DNA from: a virus
Virus record (IMG/VR): IMGVR_UViG_3300017991_000062
Coordinates: 49,078 to 113,077 of that record
Direction: 5' to 3' (one strand)
DNA: 64,000 nt
Position numbers and translations under genes: made by a program. Positions 19,376-29,464 of this stretch are shown here, in pieces (within the stretch, counting starts at the first letter, position 1; each line of letters opens with the position of its first letter). The notes under the pieces are model-generated. The model saw only the letters and a list, made by a program, of their open reading frames with translations, was not told the DNA's origin and did not search any database.

Positions 19376-21490
19376 ATGGCGGTCAAGTCCACCCGGCGCA
19401 TGGTCGCCAGCACGGCCGGCCACTTCGAGACGCTCGCCCGCACCCTCACCCGGGACACGGGTATGCAGGTCATCCCCACGGCCGGCGAGTGCTGCACCGA
19501 CTGCAAGACGTTCATCAAGGTGCCCATCCTGGCCGAGCACCTGCCGAAGCGGGCCAGCGAGATCCTCGACGGGATGCTGGACCACGAGAGCGGTCACGGC
19601 CGGTGCTGCAAGCTGGACGAGGAACTGGGCCGGGTGCCCCTGCACCGGCTCTGGGAGGTGTACGGCAAGCCCTCGGACAAGGTCCACGGCGCCATGAACG
19701 CGGTTATCGACGCCCGGGACGAGGAGAAGATGGAGCGGCTCTACCCGGGCACCGCGGAGAACTTCCAGCGGAGCTTCGAGTTCTGCGCTGGCCGGCGCCG
19801 CGAGCTGGACCCGGTGGCGGCCTCCGATCCGAAGCGGCTTCTGTTCGACGTGCTCTGCGTCGTCAATGCCCGGCTGCGCCGCAAGGACGGCTCTGCCTGG
19901 GGCTCGATGGCGAACCAGGTGGTCGACGAGGTGCTGGAGGAGGAGGTCGAGGACGGACGGGAGCTGGTGGACGACTTCGCCGAGCCGGCTGCGTTCCTGG
20001 ACCTCGCTCGCCGCATCCTGGAGAAGCTGGAGGCTGCCACGGAGGAGCCCGAGCCCGGCGAGGGCGACGGCGAGGGTGGTGAGGGCGACGGCGAGAACGA
20101 GGAGGGCGAGGGCAGCGGCGGCAAGGGTGACGAGGAAGGCGACGACGAGGGCGGCGGGAGCAGCGGCAGCTCGGGCGATGGCGACAAGGACGCAGGATCG
20201 TCGCCAGGCGATGAGAACGAAGACGAGGGCGATGGCAGTGAGGACGACTCCTCGAACGGCTCGGACAGCGAGGATGGCGCTCCCACATCGCCCGAGTCGG
20301 GTGATGGCGGCTCCGCGGATAGCAGTGGCGCGGACGACGACCCCGAGCCGGGCAAGGCCGGCGACAGCCCCGACAGCCCCGACGAGAGTGACGGCAAGGC
20401 CGAGCAGTGCGAGGCCGGGCTGCCCGAGGGCACCCGCGAGGAGCTGGAGAAGACGCTCGACTCGAAGCTCGGTGACGACCCCGACCCCGTGAAGGAGTTC
20501 GAGCGCGAGGAGCTGGAGCGCGAGGCGAAGCGCGTCAAGCCGAAGATGGATGGCATCCACATCCCCGACCCCAAGGCGAAGGCCGCGGACAGGGTGCTCG
20601 ACGCCCAGACCCAGGGCAGCCCCGAGGTCGGGTTCAGGACGTACAACGAGGCACGCAACCGGGCTCGCCGGGAGATCGGTGCGCTGCGGGCCAAGCTCTA
20701 CCGGGCGCTCTGCTCCAAGCGGGCGAAGCGGCTGCGCGTGGAGCAGGAGGACGGCCCGCGGCTGCACGAGGCCAGCCTGCACAAGCTCGTCAGCAGCCGG
20801 CACGACACGCGGGTTTTCCGCAAGACGCTCCCCGGCATCGAGGTCGAGACCGCGGTCAGCATCCTGGTGGACCAGAGCGGGTCGATGAGCGGCTCGGGCA
20901 AGATCGGCAAGGCCAGGATCGCGACGACGGCACTGGCCGAGACGCTCAACAGCCTGGGCATCCCGTTCGAGGTGCTCGGCTGGTGGACGAACGACCTGGG
21001 GCGCCCGAAGGTGACAGGCGAGGAGCGTGACTGGCACACCCGCTTCAATCGCTGCTATCCTCAAGTCTACTACGTCTACAAGGCGTTCAACGAGCCCTTC
21101 GGCAAGGTGCAGAAGTCGCGCATCGGCGTGATGGACGCGCACAACCAGAATTGCGATTCGGAGGCCGTGGCCTGGGCCGCTGACCGGCTGGCCACGCGCC
21201 GCGAGCGCCGCAAGATCCTCATCGTGATGTCGGATGGCCAGCCCTGCTCGCCGGGCACCGACAGCGCGGTGGACGGCGGCAACATCCGCAAGGTCGTGAA
21301 CCGCTGCTTCGACATGGGGCTGGAGGTCATCGGCCTGGGCATCCTGACCGATGCGCCGGCCTACTACTACCCCGTCAGCGTGGTGCTGCACGACATCAGC
21401 GACCTCGCGACGAAGCTGGTGAAGATCCTGGAGGCGCTGCTCCACAAGGGTAAGCGCCTCGCCAAGGTCGGGACCGGGAAGGTGGTGTGA
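19376..21490 (+). CDS. CobT-like vWA protein
   Basis: HESGH motif, acidic G/D/E linker, MIDAS DQSGSM, KILIVMSDGQP. Confidence 0.85.
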   Translation: MAVKSTRRMVASTAGHFETLARTLTRDTGMQVIPTAGECCTDCKTFIKVPILAEHLPKRASEILDGMLDHESGHGRCCKLDEELGRVPLHRLWEVYGKPSDKVHGAMNAVIDARDEEKMERLYPGTAENFQRSFEFCAGRRRELDPVAASDPKRLLFDVLCVVNARLRRKDGSAWGSMANQVVDEVLEEEVEDGRELVDDFAEPAAFLDLARRILEKLEAATEEPEPGEGDGEGGEGDGENEEGEGSGGKGDEEGDDEGGGSSGSSGDGDKDAGSSPGDENEDEGDGSEDDSSNGSDSEDGAPTSPESGDGGSADSSGADDDPEPGKAGDSPDSPDESDGKAEQCEAGLPEGTREELEKTLDSKLGDDPDPVKEFEREELEREAKRVKPKMDGIHIPDPKAKAADRVLDAQTQGSPEVGFRTYNEARNRARREIGALRAKLYRALCSKRAKRLRVEQEDGPRLHEASLHKLVSSRHDTRVFRKTLPGIEVETAVSILVDQSGSMSGSGKIGKARIATTALAETLNSLGIPFEVLGWWTNDLGRPKVTGEERDWHTRFNRCYPQVYYVYKAFNEPFGKVQKSRIGVMDAHNQNCDSEAVAWAADRLATRRERRKILIVMSDGQPCSPGTDSAVDGGNIRKVVNRCFDMGLEVIGLGILTDAPAYYYPVSVVLHDISDLATKLVKILEALLHKGKRLAKVGTGKVV

Positions 21491-21566
21491 CGTGGGCGCC
21501 GCTCTCACGCAAGCTAGCCTCGCCCACGTCGGGCGCCCCGGGGCGGCACTCGCCCCGGGGCTGCCC
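21489..21566 (+). terminator. Double GC-rich stem-loop (terminator or processing site)
   Basis: gacgtgggcg/cgcccacgtc (21489-21530) and gccccggggcg/cgccccggggc (21535-21561); no U-tract. Confidence 0.5.
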
Positions 21567-21586
21567 ACTTCCAGGGAGGGATGACG

Positions 21587-22171
21587 ATGGCACCGTCACT
21601 CGCAGAGATGAGGGACCGCTTCAGCAAGGGCGCTGCCGAGCAGCGTGCGCAGGAGGAGGCCGAGCGCAGGGCACGCGAGGCGGCCGAGGCCAAGCGGAAG
21701 CGCGAGGAGCAGGAGAAGAAGGACCGCGAGCGCAAGGCCGCGGCCGAGGCCGAGGCGAAGCGGCAGCGGGCCAAGCGCGCGGCCGAGGAAGCCCGGCGGG
21801 CCAAGCTCCACGAGGACATGATGAAGGAGGCCGCCAGGCCCGGGAGAGGCCGAGCCGACCTGCGTGACGACGAGTATGAGGTCGAGTTCGACCACCTGGA
21901 GTATCGCCGCCGCGGCTCGCGGAAGTTCTGGATGGGCGCGGTCATCAACGACGGCGCCCGGGGCATCTACGGCTTTGTTCGTCGGTGGGGCCGTATCGGC
22001 ACCACCGGTCAGGGCAAGTGGGTTGACTTCGTGACGGCCGGCCATGCCATCGAGAACGCCGGGAAGGTGATGGACGAGAAGCTCGGCAAGGGCTACAGCC
22101 GGGTCGGGACGGTGCGCTGCGCGGTGCGGCTGGACCCGAGCGGTGCGATTTCATGGCGCCCGCTGCGGTAG
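21587..22171 (+). CDS. WGR-domain protein with N-terminal coiled coil
   Basis: SRKFW...RRWGRIGTTGQ...EKLGKGY. Confidence 0.8.
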   Translation: MAPSLAEMRDRFSKGAAEQRAQEEAERRAREAAEAKRKREEQEKKDRERKAAAEAEAKRQRAKRAAEEARRAKLHEDMMKEAARPGRGRADLRDDEYEVEFDHLEYRRRGSRKFWMGAVINDGARGIYGFVRRWGRIGTTGQGKWVDFVTAGHAIENAGKVMDEKLGKGYSRVGTVRCAVRLDPSGAISWRPLR

Positions 22172-22180
22172 GAGGGGAGA

Positions 22181-22363
22181 ATGAACGACCTGGAGCAGTT
22201 CAAGGCCATGCTCGACGACTGGGGTGTCGACTATGCCAGCGCGGTTAGCTCGGGCGGGGAGGTCGCCCTCCACGTCTACGTCGGTGTCGAGCCCGACGAG
22301 CAGGTGCAGCAGTACGAGTTCAAGGACGGTCGGCTGACCATGTTTGCCGGCCGAAAGGTCTGA
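22181..22363 (+). CDS. Hypothetical protein
   Basis: RBS ggagggg. Confidence 0.5.
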   Translation: MNDLEQFKAMLDDWGVDYASAVSSGGEVALHVYVGVEPDEQVQQYEFKDGRLTMFAGRKV

Positions 22364-22376
22364 CAGGAGGAGCCCG

Positions 22377-22706
22377 ATGCGATATACGAAGTGCTCGAAC
22401 TGCGGACACGCAGTCGCCATCCCCCACGTTCGGCCCAAGGTGCCGTCGCGGCGGATCGAGGGCGTGCCTGGGCTGTGGCGGCCGACGGCCTACGGCGGCG
22501 TCCACCGCGGCGACGAGGTGCTCATCATGCTCAACACCATCACCGGCAAGCGGGCGGCCCGCTACCACCGGGGCTTCGTGGTGAGGAAGTACCAGGGCCT
22601 TGCGATGCGGGTGGTCGGCACCCGGCGCGGCGGTCAGATGTTCGTTGACAAGGCTACGGTGAGCAACGCTGCGGCCATCTTCGTGCGAGTGAGGGACGAG
22701 GGATGA
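22377..22706 (+). CDS. Hypothetical protein
   Basis: RBS aggagga; N-terminal CSNC. Confidence 0.5.
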   Translation: MRYTKCSNCGHAVAIPHVRPKVPSRRIEGVPGLWRPTAYGGVHRGDEVLIMLNTITGKRAARYHRGFVVRKYQGLAMRVVGTRRGGQMFVDKATVSNAAAIFVRVRDEG

Positions 22707-23377
22707 AGCAGGTTCGACGGGTGCGCCCCGAGCTGGCGCCGACCGAAGCGAATGTGATGCGCTTCGTGAACATGATGGCTGACCGCGCTCGCAAGCTGGC
22801 CGCGGCCCAGGGTATCGGGCTCGACGACGCGCGGCAGGAGATCGCGCTCATGGTCATGGAGGCCCTGGACACCTACGAGCCCAGGAAGGGGCCGCTGAAG
22901 TACTGGGTCAAGCTCGTCGTGAGCTGCGAGGTGAGCACCAGAACCACGCGCGAGGGCTGCGCCAAGTCGCGGCCCTGGAACTGGTCGTATGACCAGGTGG
23001 AGGGGTGGCAGCGCGAGCGGAGCCGGGTGGTGTCCGACCTGGGCGTGCTGGATGACCTGCCCGAGCCCGAGGGCGACAGCCCGGCGACCCCCGAGGAGGA
23101 GTTGCTCCAGCGTGAGCGCCGCGAACGCTTCGCGTCGGCTATCATGGCGGCCGAGGCTGCCCTGGTGGAGCAGACCCCGGAGGCCTCCCGCGGCCTGGCG
23201 GCGAGAATCTTCCGAGCCCGCGTGAGCGAGGCCATGAGCAGCGGGAATCAGAAGTACGACGGCCTGACCGAGCACTTGCAAAAGAACCTCGGCGTGAGTC
23301 GCTATGTCGAGCGCCGGCATTGGCACATCGGCCGCCGACTGCTCGAACGCGAGCTGAAGGATCGGGGTGAGCGGTAG
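22703..23377 (+). CDS. Phage RNA polymerase sigma-factor-like protein
   Basis: Region-2-like DDARQEIALMVMEALDTYEPRKGPLKYW; TPEEELLQRE linker; C-terminal HTH-like NLGVSRYVERR. Confidence 0.65.
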   Translation: MKQVRRVRPELAPTEANVMRFVNMMADRARKLAAAQGIGLDDARQEIALMVMEALDTYEPRKGPLKYWVKLVVSCEVSTRTTREGCAKSRPWNWSYDQVEGWQRERSRVVSDLGVLDDLPEPEGDSPATPEEELLQRERRERFASAIMAAEAALVEQTPEASRGLAARIFRARVSEAMSSGNQKYDGLTEHLQKNLGVSRYVERRHWHIGRRLLERELKDRGER

Positions 23378-23384
23378 TTACTCG

Positions 23385-23412
23385 CCCGCTCGGTAGCGCG
23401 ACCCAGAACTGT
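23385..23412 (+). promoter_or_regulatory. Phage-specific promoter motif copy 2
   Basis: CCCG-N17-GAACTGT, intergenic. Confidence 0.65.
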
Positions 23413-23461
23413 ATGAGGACGACAAGGTGCACGGAGCACCACAAGACGAGGAGGTTCTGCG

Positions 23462-24613
23462 ATGGCGAAGAAGGACCCGAAGGACAAAGTCGCGGAGATC
23501 GAGGCGCCGAACTGCCTCGGGTTCCATGACGAGGACCCCACCTGCGACGGCGACCCGGAGGCGGCCGACGCCGAGATGCGCAAGGGGTGCCCGACGCGGG
23601 ATACGTGCATCCGGCTCCAGCAGTACGCGGCCGGCACCGACGAGGATGCCGATGCGCTGCTCAAGGATGCCGGGCTCACCGGGGCGAAGGTGGGCAAGGT
23701 GGACGAGTGGCTGGAGGCCCAGGCCGAGGCCGAGGAGGAGCCCGAGGCCGAGGAGGAGCCCGAGGCCGAGGAGGAGCCCGAGGCCGAGGAGGAGCCCGAG
23801 GCCGAGCCCGAGGAGGAGCCCGAGGAGCCCGAGGCCGAGGAGGAGCCCGAGGAGCCCGAGGCCGAGGAGGAGCCCCCCAAGCCGAAGGCCAAGCCCAAGT
23901 CGAAGTCCAAGTCGAAGTCCAAGAAGAAGAGCGCCTCGAAGAAGGCGGCCAAGCCCGAGGCCAAGCCCAAGGGCAAGGGCAAGCCCAAGGGCAACGGCGG
24001 TGCCCAGGTGCCCGAGGGCGCGCCCGAGTGCTACGCCGACGAGGAGGTGCTCGATCCCAAGAGCGACCAGTGCAAGGCGTGCCCCGTGGCGAAGAAGTGC
24101 CGGACCCGGGTGTACAACGTCCGCGCCGACCGCAAGCGCAAGGAGGCGGCCGGCGACGAGTCCGAGCCGGCCAAGGCCAAGCCCAAGCCGAAGGCCAAGC
24201 CCAAGCCGAAGGCCGAGTCCAAGCCCGAGCCGAAGCCGGCACCCGCGGCCAAGCCCAAGGCGAAGCCCGCGGCCGAGCAGAAGCCGGCACCGACCAAGCC
24301 CAAGCCCAAGGCGCGCAAGGTGAAGGACCCCATCACCGCCATCGCCAAGAGCAAGGGCTGGCCGCTCACCGTCTACTCCGACCACTACGAGGTCAGCCGG
24401 GTCGTCGGCTCCCAGGTGCGCCCGTTCATGCGGGTGTTCACCACCGAGCCCCTCATCCGGGTCAGCGGTCTGCGCGCGAGCCCCGACGTCCTGGCCGGCC
24501 TGGGCGCCGAGGAGAGCGTGGCCCAGGGCTTCGACCACGACCTGTCGCTCACCAGCAAGACGGCGATGGCTCGGTTCCTCAAGGCGCTCGACGCCGAGCC
24601 GAACATCATCTAG
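23462..24613 (+). CDS. Low-complexity acidic/basic protein with two Cys4 modules
   Basis: EEEPEA repeats, PK/AK repeats, PxC[LY]...C modules; RBS gaggagg. Confidence 0.75.
   Translation: MAKKDPKDKVAEIEAPNCLGFHDEDPTCDGDPEAADAEMRKGCPTRDTCIRLQQYAAGTDEDADALLKDAGLTGAKVGKVDEWLEAQAEAEEEPEAEEEPEAEEEPEAEEEPEAEPEEEPEEPEAEEEPEEPEAEEEPPKPKAKPKSKSKSKSKKKSASKKAAKPEAKPKGKGKPKGNGGAQVPEGAPECYADEEVLDPKSDQCKACPVAKKCRTRVYNVRADRKRKEAAGDESEPAKAKPKPKAKPKPKAESKPEPKPAPAAKPKAKPAAEQKPAPTKPKPKARKVKDPITAIAKSKGWPLTVYSDHYEVSRVVGSQVRPFMRVFTTEPLIRVSGLRASPDVLAGLGAEESVAQGFDHDLSLTSKTAMARFLKALDAEPNII
23724..23876 (+). repeat. Imperfect 18-bp coding tandem repeat (gaggccgaggaggagccc; EAEEEP)
   Basis: Visible tandem units. Confidence 0.85.
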
Positions 24614-24620
24614 CGACCCC

Positions 24621-25172
24621 GTGAAGCTCACCGACCTCCGCAAGCGCTACAGCAAGGGCAAGCGCCCGAAGCGCACCCCGGCAGGCTCCAAGCCGAGAGC
24701 GACGGGCCTGCCGGGGCAGAAGGCGTGCCGGAACTGCGACGGGACCGGGAAGGTGCTGGTGGACGGTGGCCCGAGCGGGAGGCCACCGAGGGAAGTCACC
24801 TGCTCGCGTTGCGACGGCACCGGCATCGCGGTCGACCCCGACACGAAGGGTCCGCGCAAGCGGCACGTCGCTATCGAGGAAGAACACCCCGGCCTCGCAG
24901 GTGGTGAGCGCGATGGCACCACAAAGAAAAAGCTCGACCTGAAGAAGATAGCGGAACGCCGGGCCAAGGTGGGGCGTGCGAAGTACACCTTGGTCACCGA
25001 CGTCGCTGGCCGCGAGGATGCGATCCTGCTCTTCGGTAAGCACAAGGGCAGCAAGGTGTCAGCGCTCGCTGCTAGTAGAGAGACGCGGGGATACCTGATG
25101 TGGATGCTCGACGAGGGCTTTGACGATGAGCTGAAGCGGGCGGTGCTCGTTCAGCTCGGGATGGATTCGTGA
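24621..25172 (+). CDS. DnaJ-type Zn finger + FGKHKG (ExoX C-terminal/DUF3820-like) domain protein
   Basis: CRNCDGTG, CSRCDGTG, FGKHKG...GYLMWML. Confidence 0.7.
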   Translation: MKLTDLRKRYSKGKRPKRTPAGSKPRATGLPGQKACRNCDGTGKVLVDGGPSGRPPREVTCSRCDGTGIAVDPDTKGPRKRHVAIEEEHPGLAGGERDGTTKKKLDLKKIAERRAKVGRAKYTLVTDVAGREDAILLFGKHKGSKVSALAASRETRGYLMWMLDEGFDDELKRAVLVQLGMDS

Positions 25173-28100
25173 TGGCGCGCGACCCCTGGGCCAACCTCCA
25201 CGTCCACAGCATGTTCAGCCTCCTGGACGGTGTGGGCTCATATGCCGACTACGCGAAGCGACTCAAGGCCGACCTGGAACGGCGTGACGACGACTCGCCA
25301 GGCGCGCTCGCAGCGACCGAGCACGGTAGCATGAGGGGCATCGTCCAGCTCCAGAAGGCGGCCGACGAGCACGAGCTGAAGCCGGTGTTTGGTGTCGAGC
25401 TGTACGTGTCGGCTGACCACCGGGTCAAGGCCCTCTCCGAGGAGGACAAGGCCCTGGTGAAGGAGCAGCCGGCAAAGGAGCGGCGCTCGTTCCAGGTGGC
25501 CCTGGAAACCTACCGCGGCATCCGGCCGCGCTGGCACCTGACCGCCTGGGCGCTGAACAACGTCGGCCTGCGCAACCTCATCAGGCTGTCGAGCGCGGCC
25601 TGGGTCGACGGGTTCTACTACAAGCCACGGGTCGACTTGAAGTTGCTGGAGCAGTACTCGGAAGGCGTGGCCGTGGGCACCGCCTGCCTCGGCGGCATCC
25701 TCGCAGAGCCGCTGCTCAAGGACGAGCCCGCGCTGGCCGTCGAACACGCCCACTGGCTCCGCGACGTGTTCGGTGACCGCGCCTATGTTGAGCTGATGCC
25801 GAATGGCCTCGCGGATCAGAAGCGGGTGAACCGCGGGCTTCTGAAGCTGGCGCGCTCGGTGGGGCTCACGCCCATCGCCACGGTCGACACCCACTATACG
25901 AAGCCGAAGGACTGGAGGCTTCAAGACACGCTGCTCGCGGTGCAGACCAACGACCGCATGAGCAATCCCCACCGCTGGACCATCCCGGCCCGCGACTTCT
26001 GGTACATGACCGCGGCCGAGGTGCGCAAGCTGTTCCGGCGGAACCACCCGTCGCTGAAGCACAGCACCATCGACAGCCTCATCCGCAACGCTGCCGAGCT
26101 GGCCGGCCGGTGCGAGGCGCGTCTGGAGTTCGACCGCTTCGCTGCCCTCCTGCCGAGCCCCACCGGACGGGACACCACTCCCGAGGAGGACTTCAACGAG
26201 CTGAAGAAGCTGTGCGTCGAGGGCTGGCACTGGCGCGACATCCACACCCGAGCGGCCTGGGTCGCCGGCCGCGACGGACGCAAGACCGAGCGAGTGGTGA
26301 CGCAGTATCGCGAGCGGCTGAAGCGCGAGCTGCGGGTGTTCCGCGACATGAAGTTCTCCCGCTATGCCTTGGTCGTTCGCGACCAAGTGGACTGGGCCAG
26401 AGGCGAGGGCATCCTGGTCGGCCCAGGCCGCGGCAGTGCAGGCGGCAGCCTGGTCGTCTACCTGCTCGGTATCACCAGCATCGATCCCATCGAGCACGAC
26501 CTGCTCTTCGAGCGTTTCATCGCGCCTGGCAGAATCGATCTCCCAGACATCGACATCGACTTCGAGAAGGAACGCCGGCAGGAGGTCATCGCGTACATGG
26601 TCGAGAAGTACGGCCGCGAGCAGACCGCACAGCTCACCACCTACAGCTCGATGAAGGGACGCGGCTGCTTCCGCGACGTGGCGCGGGTGCACGAGGTGCC
26701 ACCGCGCGAGCTGAACGCGACGGCCAGTGCCATCCTCCAACGGCTGCCCGGCCACGAGCGCGAGGACAAGTGCATCGCTGACTCGCTGGCCACCTCGCCC
26801 CAGTGCAAGGCGTTCGCGAAGAAGCGGCCTGTCGTGTTCAGCGTGGCCGAGCGCCTGGAGGGCACCATCCGGCAGGTCGGGCTCCACGCGGGCGGTGTCG
26901 TGGTGGCGCCGATGCCCCTGGACGAGGTGGTGCCCCTGGAGAGCCGTGCTGACAAGGACGGCGGTGGACGGGTGCCGGTCATCGCGCTCGACTACCGTGA
27001 CGCCCAGGAGTGCGGCCTGGTGAAGTTGGACGACCTCGGACTCACGAACCTGACGGTGGTGCGCTACGCCCTGGAGGCTATCGCGGAGCACCACGACGCC
27101 GAGCTGACGCTGGCCGACCTGGAGGCGAGTCACTACGACGACCGCGACGTCCTGGACGCATTCAACGAGCCGTCCAACCTCACCGGCATCTTCCAGTTCG
27201 ACTCGACCAGCATGGTCGGCATCATGCAATTCAAGGTCGAGCGCTTCGAGGACCTGATGGTGCTCAACGCGCTGAACCGGCCCGGCCCGATGCGCAGCGG
27301 CCTGGCGAACATCTACGCGGCGAGGGCCACCGGCAAGAAGAAGCGGAAGAAGGAGCACCCTATCGTCGAGCGGATCACGGCGTCCACCCTGGGCGCCCTG
27401 GTGTACCAGGAGCAGGTCGCGCGGCTGTTCGTGGACCTCGCCGGCTACAGCGCGGGCGATGCGGACAAGATTCGGAAGAAGATCGGCAAGAGCGAGGGTG
27501 AGAAGGCCATCGCCCCCGAGGAGGCCAAGTTCATCGACGGCGCTGTGCGCAACGGCATGAGGGCCGAGGTCGCTGCGAAGCTGTTCAAGCGAGTGTTGAA
27601 GTTCGGCGGCTACGGCTTCAACCGCTCCCACGCTGCCGAGTACTCCGCGCTCGGGTATTGGGAGATGCTGCTCAAGGTGCGCTACCCCGGCCCGTTCTAC
27701 CTGGGCGTCTTGCAGGCGGCCAAGGATGACGCCGACAGAGCCCGCTACATCGAGGCGGCCCACCGCGACGGGGTGGAGGTGCTGACGCCCGACGTGAATG
27801 AGAGCCGGCGCGCCTACGCCCTGTCGGTGTCAGGCTCCATCCGGCCACCGTTGGAGGGCATCAAGGGTGTCGGTCCGAAGGCGAGCCTCGCTCTGCTGGA
27901 GGGGCAGCCCTACACGTCCTTCACCGACCTGGTGAGCCGTACCGACTCCCGGCAGGTGCACCGCGGCATCGTGACCGCCCTCGCCGAGGCTGGCGCTCTG
28001 GACACCATCATCCCGAACCGGCGCTTCGCGGTGGAGAACGCCGAGGAGTTGATGAAGCGGGCTCGCAAGGGCGATGCTGCCGTGGACTTGGACATCGAGG

Positions 28101-28888
28101 TGAGCAAGACGGCGACCGATTGGGACGAGCGCGAGCGCGCCAGGCGTTCTATCGAGTTGGGAGTGTTCGGGCCAGGAGCTAGCATCCTCGACGCCTATGC
28201 CGACCTCTGGGAGGCCATCGAGTCGGCAGGTGTGGAGCTGACCACCCTGGGCGGCATCCAGTGGAACGAGTCCCTGGGCTGGTTCAAGGTGGTGGCACGC
28301 GAGTCGAAGGTCATCACGACCGACGACGGCCGGGTCGCCTCGCTGGTGCTCACGGATGGCACCGGCCCTGACCTGCGCGCTCGGATGGAGAGCAACGAGC
28401 TGGACCGCTACGAGAAGGCGGTGAGCCGTGCCTCCGGGAAGGCCGTGCTGGTGCGGGCCAGCTTCAACGCGAAGACGAAGCAACTGCGAGCCCTGAAGGT
28501 GTACGACGCGGCGGCGCTCCACAAGGCATGGAGAACGGACGAGTTGTCCGACGATGAGGCGCAGGTGTTCGTGAACCCGCTGGCCGCGGTGAAACCGCGG
28601 CATGACCTGCGCAAGTCGCTCGCTGGCGAGCCCTCGCTGCTCAAGTTCGTTGGCCGCGTCGAGGCGATGAAGCTGTGGAAGGATCGCAAGAAGAACACGA
28701 TGGCGTTCTTCGATGTGCAGGCGTACCGCGGCAGCGTGCCGGCGGTGTGCTTCGCGTCGTCGTTCCGTCACTACCGTTCGGACCTGTATGTCGGGGCCGT
28801 GGTGCGGATCGAGTTGATACGAACCGAGGGCGGCGGGTGGGCGCTCGACCATGAGAGCGGCTGCGAGCTGGAGAACATCGGGGAATGA
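25169..28888 (+). CDS. dnaE: DNA polymerase III alpha subunit
   Basis: PHP NLHVHSMFSLLDG, GPGRGSAGGSLV, LLFERF, PDIDIDF, GIFQF, YGFNRSH, C-terminal OB fold MAFF. Confidence 0.97.
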   Translation: MMARDPWANLHVHSMFSLLDGVGSYADYAKRLKADLERRDDDSPGALAATEHGSMRGIVQLQKAADEHELKPVFGVELYVSADHRVKALSEEDKALVKEQPAKERRSFQVALETYRGIRPRWHLTAWALNNVGLRNLIRLSSAAWVDGFYYKPRVDLKLLEQYSEGVAVGTACLGGILAEPLLKDEPALAVEHAHWLRDVFGDRAYVELMPNGLADQKRVNRGLLKLARSVGLTPIATVDTHYTKPKDWRLQDTLLAVQTNDRMSNPHRWTIPARDFWYMTAAEVRKLFRRNHPSLKHSTIDSLIRNAAELAGRCEARLEFDRFAALLPSPTGRDTTPEEDFNELKKLCVEGWHWRDIHTRAAWVAGRDGRKTERVVTQYRERLKRELRVFRDMKFSRYALVVRDQVDWARGEGILVGPGRGSAGGSLVVYLLGITSIDPIEHDLLFERFIAPGRIDLPDIDIDFEKERRQEVIAYMVEKYGREQTAQLTTYSSMKGRGCFRDVARVHEVPPRELNATASAILQRLPGHEREDKCIADSLATSPQCKAFAKKRPVVFSVAERLEGTIRQVGLHAGGVVVAPMPLDEVVPLESRADKDGGGRVPVIALDYRDAQECGLVKLDDLGLTNLTVVRYALEAIAEHHDAELTLADLEASHYDDRDVLDAFNEPSNLTGIFQFDSTSMVGIMQFKVERFEDLMVLNALNRPGPMRSGLANIYAARATGKKKRKKEHPIVERITASTLGALVYQEQVARLFVDLAGYSAGDADKIRKKIGKSEGEKAIAPEEAKFIDGAVRNGMRAEVAAKLFKRVLKFGGYGFNRSHAAEYSALGYWEMLLKVRYPGPFYLGVLQAAKDDADRARYIEAAHRDGVEVLTPDVNESRRAYALSVSGSIRPPLEGIKGVGPKASLALLEGQPYTSFTDLVSRTDSRQVHRGIVTALAEAGALDTIIPNRRFAVENAEELMKRARKGDAAVDLDIEVSKTATDWDERERARRSIELGVFGPGASILDAYADLWEAIESAGVELTTLGGIQWNESLGWFKVVARESKVITTDDGRVASLVLTDGTGPDLRARMESNELDRYEKAVSRASGKAVLVRASFNAKTKQLRALKVYDAAALHKAWRTDELSDDEAQVFVNPLAAVKPRHDLRKSLAGEPSLLKFVGRVEAMKLWKDRKKNTMAFFDVQAYRGSVPAVCFASSFRHYRSDLYVGAVVRIELIRTEGGGWALDHESGCELENIGE

Positions 28889-28894
28889 CCTCGG

Positions 28895-28922
28895 CCCACT
28901 TGCTGCGGCGATTGGGAACTGT
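28895..28922 (+). promoter_or_regulatory. Phage-specific promoter motif copy 3
   Basis: CCCA-N17-GAACTGT, intergenic after dnaE. Confidence 0.6.
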
Positions 28923-28949
28923 GGTGAGGCAACAGAAAGGGGGTCCGTA

Positions 28950-29444
28950 GTGGACCAGGTAATCGTGAACATCCGTGGCGAAGAGGTGGACGTCAGCGGG
29001 GAGCTGCGCATCGGCGGCGACCTCGGCAAGGAGATGAGCCGGCTGCCCGGTCAGGTCGCCTACTACGGCGGCGCGCTCGCCGAGGCCCAGGCGCTCGAAG
29101 CCCAGGTCACCGCCCAGTACCGGGCCTGGCGAGCGAAGCAGATCGAGGCCGTGCTGGAGAGCGAGCCCAAGCTGGCCGAGTGGAAGGTCAAGGCCAAGCT
29201 GGAGGCGCTGCCCCAGTTCATGCAGCACAAGGAGGCCATCGCCAGGACGGAGAAGGTCGTCCGCGACCTGTGGGCCGTCTACGAGGCGTTCCTGCGCAAG
29301 GCCGACATGCTGCGCAGCAAGGGCGCCCGGCAGCGTGCCGAGCTGGAGGCCAGCGGCGGCATCAGCACCAGCCTCGACCCCGACGAGAAGGCAACCCGGG
29401 CCGGCAAGGTGGTCAAGCGCCACCGCGCCCGCCCGAAGAAGTAG
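28950..29444 (+). CDS. UvsY-like recombination mediator
   Basis: Helical; LAEWKVKAKLEA..Y/F...AFLRKADML pattern; precedes SSB and RecA. Confidence 0.55.
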   Translation: MDQVIVNIRGEEVDVSGELRIGGDLGKEMSRLPGQVAYYGGALAEAQALEAQVTAQYRAWRAKQIEAVLESEPKLAEWKVKAKLEALPQFMQHKEAIARTEKVVRDLWAVYEAFLRKADMLRSKGARQRAELEASGGISTSLDPDEKATRAGKVVKRHRARPKK

Positions 29445-29464
29445 GACCAGAAGGAGGAACCGGC

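Noticed and set aside
23724-23876. Tandem repeat that might suggest a CRISPR array
   Set aside because: In-frame coding repeat (EAEEEP) with no unique spacers and no cas genes.
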